DNA of 21,217 bases from Sumerlaeia bacterium (GTDB lineage: Bacteria; Sumerlaeota; Sumerlaeia; SLMS01; JAHLLQ01), in the NCBI GenBank assembly GCA_040219255.1, contig JAVJSW010000055.1, positions 1 to 21,217 on the forward strand, given 5' to 3'. A model generated the notes under the pieces. That model saw only the letters and a list, made by a program, of their open reading frames with translations. It had not been told where the DNA came from and ran no database searches. The stretch's first letter is position 1. Each line of letters opens with the position of its first letter. The translations under genes were made by a program, and so were the position numbers. This document shows, one piece after another, positions 1 through 7,648 of the stretch.

Positions 1-342
1 GGCAGCTTCGAAGCGGCCGCCCTCGGCCTCGGCGAAGGCGTCTCCGTCACCTGGAGCACCATCGCCGAAACCGACAACGCCGGCTTCAACGTCTACCGCG
101 CCGCCTCTGACGGCTCGGTCGGCGAGAAGCTCAACTCGGCCCTCATCCCCAGCGAGTCCGTCTTCGGCGGCGGCGCCGAATACAGCTTCCTCGACGCGGT
201 CGTCCTGACCAAGTCGGGCGAAGAGCGCGCGTACTACCTTGAGGACGTTGACCTGAGCGGCAAGACGACCCTTCACGGCCCCGCCACTGCCACCCTCGGC
301 CAGGGCGCTGCCAGCGTCAGCAACTGGGCCATCTTCGAATAA
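1..342 (+). CDS. 3' end (5'-truncated) of a probably secreted/surface protein: Ig-like 'SF.A...V.W.T..E.DN.GFNVYR...YYLEDVD..G...HGP' domain plus short C-terminal motif SVSNWAIFE
   Basis: Frame 1 is open from base 1 to TAA 340-342: GSFEAAALGLGEGVSVTWSTIAETDNAGFNVYRAASDG...YSFLDAVV...AYYLEDVDLSGKTTLHGPATATLGQGAASVSNWAIFE. Strong GC3 bias. Absent from the ORF track because its start lies outside the window. Confidence 0.85.
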   Translation, partial: GSFEAAALGLGEGVSVTWSTIAETDNAGFNVYRAASDGSVGEKLNSALIPSESVFGGGAEYSFLDAVVLTKSGEERAYYLEDVDLSGKTTLHGPATATLGQGAASVSNWAIFE

Positions 343-400
343 CCCGGGACTCCACCTCCCTCACTTCTAAGAGACTGATACGAAAGGACTTCCAATCAAC

Positions 401-553
401 ATGGATAACAAATCCCTGAAATCGGTGGAGCTCGAGACGGGCGCGGACGCCCCCGCCTACGAGACCCCCCGGATCGAAACCCGCGAAGCCGCGGACCTGG
501 ACAGCCTGCTGCTGGACGTGAACGCCTTCACCGGCGACCCGTTCGAGCTGTAA
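401..553 (+). CDS. 50-aa small peptide, candidate RRE-dependent RiPP precursor (MDNKSLKSVELETGADAPAYETPRIETREAADLDSLLLDVNAFTGDPFEL)
   Basis: ATG 401, TAA 551-553, SD-like AAAGGA at 383-388, GC3-rich codons, YETPRI motif at 458-475, followed by a terminator hairpin. Confidence 0.75.
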   Translation: MDNKSLKSVELETGADAPAYETPRIETREAADLDSLLLDVNAFTGDPFEL

Positions 554-607
554 TCGCCTCCAGCCCAGCCGGTGACCACGGTCGCCGGTCGAGCTTATGA
601 GCAAGAT

Positions 608-645
608 AGCCTCCCGGTTTCCTTCGCGGAGACCGGGGGTCTTTG
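608..645 (+). terminator. Intrinsic terminator hairpin after the small peptide gene
   Basis: CCCGGTTTCC-TTCGC-GGAGACCGGG stem-loop (one G-U pair) followed by TCTTT; lies between convergent genes. Confidence 0.7.
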
Positions 646-649
646 CGTT

Positions 650-674
650 GTAGCACAGACTCTCCAGTCTGTGC
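650..674 (+). repeat. GTAG-type REP-like palindrome
   Basis: GTAG head, then CACAGACT-CTCC-AGTCTGTG perfect 8-bp stem; intergenic. Confidence 0.5.
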
Positions 675-685
675 CCGGTGTGACC

Positions 686-2071
686 TTACATCGCCGGGAT
701 TTCCGCGCCGCGGGCGGAGGCCAGGGGGCGCAGGATCACAACGGTCGGGTCGGTGAAGTACTTGTTCGCCACGCGCATCACATCGCGGGAGGTGACGGCT
801 CGGATGCGGGCGGTGTATTGGTCGTCGGCTTCGGGGCCGAGGCCGAGGAATTGCCAGTAGGCGAGATAGCGCGCCTGGCCCGCGTTGGTCTCGTGCTCGC
901 GCAGGTAGCCGCCCGCCAGGTAGTTCTTCGCGCGCTCCAACTCGTCCTCCGCCACGGGCTCGGCGCGCAGGAGACGCACCTGCTCCCAGAGGCCTTCCTC
1001 CGCCGCGTCCACCGTTTCCGGCGACGTGCCGATGTAGGACAGGAACATGCCGCCATGCTGGTACTCGGCGGTGCTGGCGCCGACCATGTAGGCGAGGGAT
1101 CGTTTGTCGCGCAGTTCGGTGAAGAGGCGCGACGACATGCCTTGGCCCAGGATCGCGGTGGCGACATCGAGGGAGGCGCTGTCGGGGTCGGTGGCGGGGC
1201 CGGTGGTGTGGCCGAGAACGACGAAGCCTTGCTCCACGTCGCGGCTGAATTCCTCGCGGGTGGCGCGGGGGGCAAAGGACTTACGGGCTTCCGTCCGGCT
1301 GGTGGCGCCTCGGGGCAGATGGCCGAAGTGCTCTTCGATCAGTTCGTGGGCGTCCTCCGCCGAGATATCGCCGACGACGGCGACGATCAGGTTTTCCGGC
1401 GTCATGGCGGCCTCGTGAGCCTCGGCCAGGTCGATCTGGCCGAGCTTCATCACCGTCTCCGGTTCGCCCTCCAGAGGCCGCCCGTAGGGGTGCGGAGCGA
1501 AGAGGGCCGAGCGGAATCGCTTCATCGTGGCGAGGGGCGTGCGGTCGTCGCGCATACGGATTTCCGCCAGCACGCGCTGCTTCTCCGCGTCGATTTCCTC
1601 GATGGGAAAGGTCGGGTTGAGAAGGACATCGGAGAACACCTCGAAAGCGCGCTTGAGATCGGCTCGCACACAGCGTAGCGACGCGCCGACGGTGTCGTAG
1701 TTGTCGGACGTATTCACGCTGGCGCCGAGGCCCTCGAGCGTGTCGCTGATTTCGTCGGCGTCGCGGTGGCTGGTGCCCTTCTCCAGAAGGCGCATCATCA
1801 GGCGGGCGCGGCCGATTTTTTCGTCCGGGTCGTTCACCGCACCCCACCGCGACAAGACCCGAACGGCGACAATGGCGTTGGAGGGATTGGATTTATGCAG
1901 CAGGGTGATGCCGTTCGAAAGGGTGGTCACGGTGACGTCTCCGGATTGGGTGGTGGTGGATGTGATGGCGATGGGGGCGGGAGCGGGGGCGGCGCGAAAG
2001 AGGCTGCATCCCGCCGCCAGAATAGAAAGACCGAGCCCGAGCGTCAGGCTCGCGGCGCGGCGGCTGGGCAT
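686..2071 (-). CDS. M16 (pitrilysin-family) peptidase-like subunit, non-catalytic, predicted lipoprotein
   Basis: TLSNGITL start of the M16 fold; the HxxEH position reads RLMMR; SSRLFTELRDKRSLAY motif; signal MPSRRAASLTLGLGLSILAAG|C. ATG overlaps the upstream TGA (TGATG). Confidence 0.9.
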   Translation of the reverse strand: MPSRRAASLTLGLGLSILAAGCSLFRAAPAPAPIAITSTTTQSGDVTVTTLSNGITLLHKSNPSNAIVAVRVLSRWGAVNDPDEKIGRARLMMRLLEKGTSHRDADEISDTLEGLGASVNTSDNYDTVGASLRCVRADLKRAFEVFSDVLLNPTFPIEEIDAEKQRVLAEIRMRDDRTPLATMKRFRSALFAPHPYGRPLEGEPETVMKLGQIDLAEAHEAAMTPENLIVAVVGDISAEDAHELIEEHFGHLPRGATSRTEARKSFAPRATREEFSRDVEQGFVVLGHTTGPATDPDSASLDVATAILGQGMSSRLFTELRDKRSLAYMVGASTAEYQHGGMFLSYIGTSPETVDAAEEGLWEQVRLLRAEPVAEDELERAKNYLAGGYLREHETNAGQARYLAYWQFLGLGPEADDQYTARIRAVTSRDVMRVANKYFTDPTVVILRPLASARGAEIPAM

Positions 2072-3339
2072 CAGACGGCGGCCTCGCGCTTGGCCGGCTT
2101 GGCCAGATAGCTGCTCGCGCGGTCCGGCGTGAAGCGCTCCAGAACGGCGAGGATTTGCTCCTCGGTCACGGCATCGGCGGCGACCGGCAGGTGTGTGAGC
2201 AGGTCCGGCGAATCGAGCACGGCGAAGCTGTAACCGAGCATCGTGGCTTTGCCGGTGTTCGTTTCCGTGGCGTACAGGTGGCCGTTGATGGTCTGGCGTT
2301 TAGCGCGAGCCAACTCGCCTGGTTTCAAGCCTTCGCGGCGCAGGAGGTCCATTTCCTCAAAGAACGCCTCGCGCAGTTCGTCGATCTTGGCTTCATCGCA
2401 AATGGCGTAGAAGGCCGAGAAGCTGGGATGGCGTTGGCCGTTGAGGAATCCGCTGAAATGCTCGGCGAGGCGGCGCTTCTCGCGCAGGCGGTTGACGAGG
2501 CGGGCGCTGCGGCCACCGACCAGGGCCGACTCCGCGACGTCCAGGATCGCCGCCTGCTCGAGCGTCCGCAGGGGCTCGGCGGGGAACGCCAGGAAGTAGT
2601 AAGTCTGCTGCCAGTCGCGCTCCCAGGCCTTCTGGGTGGGGGTGCTGTAGGCGGTCGGTGGATCGGCCTCGCGCCAGGGCCGGCGGGGGCGGTCCAGGCG
2701 GCCGAAGAGGTCTTCGAGTTGGCCGAGGAGGGCCTCCGTGTCGAAATCCCCGACGGCGATAAAGACCATGTTCTCAGGGGCGTAGAAGCGGTGGTAGTGA
2801 TCGGCGAGCTGCTGGCGCGACATGGCGCTGACGGTGGCCGCCGAACCAATCACCGTGCCGGCGTAGGGCCCGCTCTCGAAGGTCGAGCGCGTGATTTCGT
2901 CGTAGAGAAAGCCGATGGCGTTGTCTTGTTTCTGGCGGATTTCCTCCAGAATGACGAGGCGCTCTTTCTCGACTTCCTCGGGGTGGATGCTGGAATTCTG
3001 CAACACGTCCGCCATATCCACCAAGGCGTCGGCCATCTTGGCGCTCGGCAGCGTCACGTAATAATGCGTGTAGTCGGTGCTGGTGCCGGCGTTCAGGTAG
3101 CCGCCCAGCTCTTCGATGCGGCGGTCGTACTGGCCGACGGCGAGGCGCTCGGTGCCTTTGAAGAGCATGTGTTCGAGGAAGTGGCTGATGCCGGCGATGT
3201 CTTCCGGTTCGTCCTTGCTGCCGACCTTGACCCACATGTCCAGCGTCACCAGGGGCTGCGTGTGGTTTTCCATGGCGTAAACGGTCAGGCCGTTCGACAG
3301 GCGGTGGGTTCGCACGGTCTGTTCGGATGGGCGGGTCAT
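2071..3339 (-). CDS. M16 family zinc peptidase, catalytic subunit
   Basis: GISHFLEHMLFKGT (HxxEH), NAGTSTDYTHYY, EKERLVILEE. Start placed at ATG 3339 (MTRPSEQ); the ORF track extends it to 3435. Confidence 0.92.
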   Translation of the reverse strand: MTRPSEQTVRTHRLSNGLTVYAMENHTQPLVTLDMWVKVGSKDEPEDIAGISHFLEHMLFKGTERLAVGQYDRRIEELGGYLNAGTSTDYTHYYVTLPSAKMADALVDMADVLQNSSIHPEEVEKERLVILEEIRQKQDNAIGFLYDEITRSTFESGPYAGTVIGSAATVSAMSRQQLADHYHRFYAPENMVFIAVGDFDTEALLGQLEDLFGRLDRPRRPWREADPPTAYSTPTQKAWERDWQQTYYFLAFPAEPLRTLEQAAILDVAESALVGGRSARLVNRLREKRRLAEHFSGFLNGQRHPSFSAFYAICDEAKIDELREAFFEEMDLLRREGLKPGELARAKRQTINGHLYATETNTGKATMLGYSFAVLDSPDLLTHLPVAADAVTEEQILAVLERFTPDRASSYLAKPAKREAAV

Positions 3340-3466
3340 GAGAGGCGGTTCGATCTCCGGAGGAAAGGGCTGGCGCAGCGCCGTCGCGCGGGCACCGTCA
3401 GCCTGCACCGTGGCAAATGCCGCGCCCAAGGGCAAGGGGTGCTGGGGGGCAGTGGTGGGATTGTTT

Positions 3467-3504
3467 AACCACAGAGGACACAGAGGATAGAGTTTTCACA
3501 GAGG
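3467..3504 (+). repeat. Short direct repeats CACAGAGG x3
   Basis: CACAGAGG at 3470-3477, 3479-3486 and 3497-3504 in an AT-richer intergenic region. Confidence 0.6.
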
Positions 3505-3529
3505 TTTTCGGAAGAAAGGGCGTTTACCT

Positions 3530-3674
3530 CGCAAAGCGGCCTGGTAAAGGGAAAAAATCAAAAATCGAAGAGGTGGGATCGGCGGCTCCAATCTTTTTTC
3601 TTCATTGGCACGTTTGCTCTTATGTCCGCCAGAAGCCTTCCTCCACACTCCCTTTGCCCCTTCGCCACTTTGCG
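3530..3674. repeat. Imperfect inverted repeat (CGCAAAGCGGC...AAAGGG / CCCTTT...GCCACTTTGCG)
   Basis: 3530-3540 vs 3664-3674 match 10/11 as reverse complements, with an extra AAAGGG/CCCTTT pair inside. Confidence 0.45.
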
Positions 3675-3704
3675 TTAAAAACCCAGCAAAGTGCCACCCC
3701 CGCC

Positions 3705-4370
3705 TCACACGATCACAAAGCGCCGGTCTTCGCAGATCGCCACCGACGCCATTTCCTGCCAGAGTCCGGCGATGCGGCCGGCGTCTTCGAAGACGTGCGC
3801 CAGCCCCGCTTCGCCGCTGCCCGCCGCCTGCTTCGCATAGGCGTCGAAAATCATCACCAGCGCACGCCCCAGGCACATCAGGTACAGCGCGTCGGCTTGC
3901 TCCACCGGTTCGCCGGACAGGACTAGCCGGCCCAGGAAACGGCGTGTCGCGGCGGGAAAGGCGGCGGCCTCCATGGCGGTGGCGCCCTGCGGCATGACCA
4001 GGCGCACGTCGGCCGCCTGGGCTTTGCGGGCGAGGTAGGCGTGGGTGTCGCTCACGGCTTCGCAGAATTCGGCGAAACGCGCCTCCGCCTCGGCGCCTTC
4101 GGCGGCGCCATAGGCGTCCCACCACGCCACCAGATCCTCGCCGGTGGGGGCCTGCGGGTCCGGGTTCTTGGCCAGGGCCGGTCGTTCGCGCAGGGCGGCG
4201 ACGCCTTCGCCGAGCACCAGGGCAAGGTTCGCCACCGACCAGATCGTGCCAAGGCGCGCCTGCTCCTGGCCGTCGCCGCCGGACTCCAGGGCCAAATGGG
4301 ACAGCACACCCACGGGCAGAGGCTGACCTTTCGGCCCCATGGGCTCCACAAATCGCAGCCGGAATTCCAT
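3705..4370 (-). CDS. Hypothetical protein (221 aa)
   Basis: ATG 14 bp after the stop of the thioredoxin gene, same strand, natural composition and GC3 bias; no family recognised. Confidence 0.7.
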   Translation of the reverse strand: MEFRLRFVEPMGPKGQPLPVGVLSHLALESGGDGQEQARLGTIWSVANLALVLGEGVAALRERPALAKNPDPQAPTGEDLVAWWDAYGAAEGAEAEARFAEFCEAVSDTHAYLARKAQAADVRLVMPQGATAMEAAAFPAATRRFLGRLVLSGEPVEQADALYLMCLGRALVMIFDAYAKQAAGSGEAGLAHVFEDAGRIAGLWQEMASVAICEDRRFVIV

Positions 4371-4383
4371 CGCGCGGGGCGGC

Positions 4384-5355
4384 CTATTCGGCGGCCTTCT
4401 CCTTCAGCAGCTCGTCCAGCAGCGCCGGGTTCATTTCCAGTTCCATCGGGTGCCCCTGCCAGACGATCACGCCTTCGGGGTTCACGATGAACGCGGAGGG
4501 GATGCCGTTCACCCCCAGCTTCGTCTTCGTCCGGCCCTGGCTGTCCACGCCGATGGGATAGGTGTAGCCCTTCTGCTTAACGAATGCGCGGACGGTGGCT
4601 GGATCTTCGTCGCTGATGGATTGAATGACCAGCCGCCCGGCGTGCTCTTTGGACAGGCGTTCGAGCCCCGGCATCGACATCAGGCACGGCCCGCACCAAG
4701 TGGCCCAGAATTCGTACATCTGGAACTGGCCGGCCATGTCGCCGGGCGGCGCGTTGATCCATTCCTCGACTTTCAGCTCCGGCGCGGCCTCGCCGACGAA
4801 CCGCTGCTCGGCGGGCGGGGCGCCGCCTTCCGGGGCCGATTCGACGAAGACGGGCGGTTCCTCGCCGGCGATCAGGGCCTCCGCCACCAGGCGCCATTCC
4901 GCATCCCGCGCCACGCGCCATCCGGCATGCTGATAAACGATGGTGCCCTCGCCGTCGGCGATGATCGTCCGGGGGACCCCGGCGCCGCCCCTGGCAAAGA
5001 GCGAGGCGATGGCCCGGTCCGGATCGGGCATCACGGTAAAGGTCAGGCCGAACTCCTTGGCATAGGCCCGCGCCTGGGCGTCGCTGGCGTCGCGGGCCAC
5101 GGCGATCACGGCGAGGCCCCGGTCCTTGAGCGGCTGCCAGAGGAACTCCTCGATAGCGGGCAGCGATTCGCCGCACAGGCCGCTGTCGCAATCGAACACG
5201 TGGATCAGCGTCGCCTTGGCCTCGCGGTGGGCCAGCGCGGCCGCCGCCGGAGGCAGGGCCTCGCCCCGCGCGGTCAGGAACGCCCGCTCCGCCCCGAAGG
5301 CCGGGGCGACCAGGAAAGCGATTAGCAGCAGCGGAAGCAAAGCGTGTGGGCGCAT
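4384..5355 (-). CDS. Exported tandem thioredoxin-fold (TlpA/AhpC-TSA redoxin) protein
   Basis: N-terminal signal peptide; domain 1 FDCDSGLC...GVPRTII; domain 2 FWATWCGPC...GIPSAFIV. Confidence 0.88.
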   Translation of the reverse strand: MRPHALLPLLLIAFLVAPAFGAERAFLTARGEALPPAAAALAHREAKATLIHVFDCDSGLCGESLPAIEEFLWQPLKDRGLAVIAVARDASDAQARAYAKEFGLTFTVMPDPDRAIASLFARGGAGVPRTIIADGEGTIVYQHAGWRVARDAEWRLVAEALIAGEEPPVFVESAPEGGAPPAEQRFVGEAAPELKVEEWINAPPGDMAGQFQMYEFWATWCGPCLMSMPGLERLSKEHAGRLVIQSISDEDPATVRAFVKQKGYTYPIGVDSQGRTKTKLGVNGIPSAFIVNPEGVIVWQGHPMELEMNPALLDELLKEKAAE

Positions 5356-5623
5356 GGCGAGGGTGGCCTCTGGAGAGAAAGTGACCGGTCAGGTCTAAAT
5401 CAAAGGGGCGGACCCGCCAAGCCAAACCGGAGGGAAACGGCGCCGCGACGCGGCTGAGGGTCTATGCGAGTACACCTCCACGCTGCGCCACCGAAGGCTG
5501 CCGGGGAAGGATGATCCGTGAAAGAGGCGCCGGGCGCGTATCCGTAAACCTATGCGAATGGCTGTTGTGCCCGTTTCGTACAACACCAATGGCGTTGTCC
5601 GGGTGCGGGACTTGACCCTTCTC

Positions 5624-6025
5624 CTAGGGTTGCTCGCTGCAATTGCTTTCGAAGAATGCTGCCGCTTCCGTTTTTCTCGCGGTCCCTTGCGCAACCCTGA
5701 AAACAAGGTCTTAAAAGTCTTCGCCCTTCGCAATCAGCCGCAGCCCATTCAGCTCCAGAAACACCATAGCGCATGCCGCACCCGTCCGCTTGTTTCCGTC
5801 GACGAAAGGATGGTTCTCGACCAAATGAAAGAGATAGGCGGCGGCTTGAGCATGAAGTGTCTGGTGAAGGTAAATCCTATCGAAGGTCGCTTGCGGTTGT
5901 GCCAGTGCGGACAGAAGCAGGCCCTGATCGCGAACGCCATACTCGCCGCCGTAGGTTCGGATTTGATGGGCGTGAATCTGGAGCACATCGGCCAGGTCGA
6001 GAAAGTTGGATGCCGCCTCGCTCAC
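5624..6025 (-). pseudogene. doc: Doc (Fic/Doc family) toxin interrupted by an in-frame TAA at 5711-5713
   Basis: GVRDQGLLLSALAQP and HPFVDGNKRTG motifs. After the TAA the same frame continues DLVFRVAQGTARKTEAAAFFESNCSEQP to TAG 5624-5626, a typical Doc C-terminus. Confidence 0.8.
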
Positions 6026-6261
6026 TTCGCGAGATTGGTGAAGACCTCGCCGTAGCGGGCGTCCGCATCCTGGAGGATAGCCGCGATTTTGGCGCGGCGG
6101 GACTCCCGATCCCCGTCCTTGCGGACCGGCGAGATGACAAGGTTCTCTCCGTCGGTGGAGATTTCCAGCGGTGTATCTTGATCGATGCGCAGCAAGTCGA
6201 GAATTGGCCGGTCGATGACGAGCGAAAGACTGTTTCCGTGGCGTGTGAGGGTCTTAATCAT
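6022..6261 (-). CDS. AbrB/MazE-type antitoxin of the Doc module
   Basis: MIKTLTRHGNSLSLVIDRPILDLLRI...LEISTDGENLVISP; GGAG SD before ATG 6261; GTGA overlap with doc. Confidence 0.88.
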   Translation of the reverse strand: MIKTLTRHGNSLSLVIDRPILDLLRIDQDTPLEISTDGENLVISPVRKDGDRESRRAKIAAILQDADARYGEVFTNLAK

Positions 6262-6296
6262 CGCTTGCTCCCGCAAAAATCTTCTACCCAATCAAT

Positions 6297-6322
6297 TGGT
6301 GACACAACGTATCACCAGTCAA
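6297..6322 (-). promoter_or_regulatory. Probable TA operator palindrome adjoining a -35 box
   Basis: TGGTGACAC-AAC-GTATCACCA (8/9 inverted repeat, 6297-6317) next to TTGACT on the minus strand (6322-6317), about 35 bp upstream of the antitoxin ATG. Confidence 0.55.
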
Positions 6323-6368
6323 GCCGCTTCGTGGAGCGATCACGGGAAACGACCGAACATCCCCGCCC

Positions 6369-7214
6369 CTACTGATTGAAACTGAACGTCAGTTCCACCC
6401 GTTCCGAGTCGGCCTTGACGCTGGCTGGCAGGGGCGAGACGGGGCTGGATTGGCGGATGGCTTCGAGGGCGAGTTGGTCCAGAGCTTTGGATCCGCTGGT
6501 TTTCTTGATGGCCACGTTGGTGATGCCCCCATCGCGATGGATGGTAAAGGAGACGACGCACTGGGCGTTGGCCTTCTGATCGGCGGGGACGCGAAAGTTG
6601 CGGCGGATGTGGTTGCGGACGCCTTTGGCGTAGATTTGCGGCAGGCTTTCGGACAACACGGCCTCTGGCGTGGGGGCGGGGGCGGCGGTGGCCTTGGCGG
6701 CCTCAGGGGCCTTGGCGGCGGGCGTTTCCTTGGGCGGGCGGCCGCTGTCGGGGATGCCGAGCTTGTCGCGCAGGGCTCGCAGTTCCTCGGCCGAGAGGGG
6801 TTTTTCCGTCGGCTTGGGAGTGGGCGTCGGCGTGGCGGTGGGTTTGGGCGTTTGCTTGGGGGTCGGTTTGGGCGTGGGAACGGGCGTGGGCTTGGCTGTC
6901 GGTTTGGGCGTCGGGGCCGGAGTCGGCTTGGGCGTTGGCTTTGGCGTGGGTTTGGGAGTGGCGGTGGGTTGGGGCGTGGGAGCGGGGGTGGGTTCCGGCG
7001 CCGGGGTGGCGCGGGGCGTTGGTTCGGGTTCGCGCGGGGCGGGGGTGGGAGCCGGCGTGGGCTGGGGCGCGGGGGTGAGGAGTTTGACCTCGAGCTGCTT
7101 GGGCTTGGGTGGGGGTTCGGGCGTCATGGCGGAGAGGCGCACGATGCCGAAGATGAGCACGAGATGGAGCAGAATCGTACCGGCGATTCCCAAAGTTTTA
7201 TGCCATGGCTTCAT
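6369..7214 (-). CDS. TolA/TonB-family energy transducer
   Basis: N-terminal TM with His (ILLHLVL), long TP(K/A)P linker, C-terminal domain [12 protein letters not shown]...[14 protein letters not shown]. Confidence 0.88.
   Translation of the reverse strand: MKPWHKTLGIAGTILLHLVLIFGIVRLSAMTPEPPPKPKQLEVKLLTPAPQPTPAPTPAPREPEPTPRATPAPEPTPAPTPQPTATPKPTPKPTPKPTPAPTPKPTAKPTPVPTPKPTPKQTPKPTATPTPTPKPTEKPLSAEELRALRDKLGIPDSGRPPKETPAAKAPEAAKATAAPAPTPEAVLSESLPQIYAKGVRNHIRRNFRVPADQKANAQCVVSFTIHRDGGITNVAIKKTSGSKALDQLALEAIRQSSPVSPLPASVKADSERVELTFSFNQ
6810..7077 (-). repeat. Degenerate 12-bp coding repeats (TPKP/TPAP linker)
   Basis: Repeated Thr-Pro-Lys/Ala-Pro units within the TolA/TonB ORF. Confidence 0.7.
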
Positions 7215-7228
7215 ATTCGAAATCCCTG

Positions 7229-7645
7229 TTAATCATTCTTAGGCTGGGTGACGATTCCGATATTCGGGATTCCACTGGTTTCCAGGACGGTGATGACGCG
7301 GGCCATTTGCTGCCAGTCCACGCGGCGGTCCGCTTCGAGGCTGATGGGTCGGCCGGGCCCCTGAGCCTGAAGGGTTTGCGCGAGGCGGGGGAATTCGATC
7401 TGGGTGCCATCGAGGAATACCAGGGGGTCGTCGGACCCGGGTTTGATCAGAAGCGTCAGCGGCCGCGTCTCTTCCAGGGCGGGGGCTTCTGCGACCTGTG
7501 GCAGTTCGATATCGACCCCGTGCTTGAGCGCTGGCGCCACGATCATGAACGCGATCAGGAGCACGAAGGTGATGTCGAGCAGCGAGGTGATGTTGATGTC
7601 GGCGCGGGGTTGGGAAACGGGGCGGCGGCGGCGTCCGAGGGCCAT
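7229..7645 (-). CDS. ExbD/TolR family protein
   Basis: [33 protein letters not shown]. Confidence 0.93.
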   Translation of the reverse strand: MALGRRRRPVSQPRADINITSLLDITFVLLIAFMIVAPALKHGVDIELPQVAEAPALEETRPLTLLIKPGSDDPLVFLDGTQIEFPRLAQTLQAQGPGRPISLEADRRVDWQQMARVITVLETSGIPNIGIVTQPKND

Positions 7646-7648
7646 GGC

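Noticed and set aside
401-553. Canonical lasso peptide precursor
   Set aside because: YxxP is present, but there is no Thr(-2)/Gly(+1) register leaving an Asp/Glu at position 7-9 plus a tail, and no cyclase is in view.
572-3468. Long plus-strand ORFs 572-1678 and 2155-3468
   Set aside because: Antisense shadows of the M16 genes, typical of high-GC DNA; no motifs.
5395-5620. Possible ncRNA between doc and the redoxin gene
   Set aside because: Only a small hairpin (about 5563-5585); no recognisable RNA family motif.
5711-5713. Stop-codon reassignment (alternative genetic code)
   Set aside because: TAA terminates other genes here normally (340-342, 551-553, rsfS, parA).
6670-7242. Gly-Val repeat ORF on the plus strand
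   Set aside because: Reverse-complement reading of the TPKP linker of TolA/TonB.
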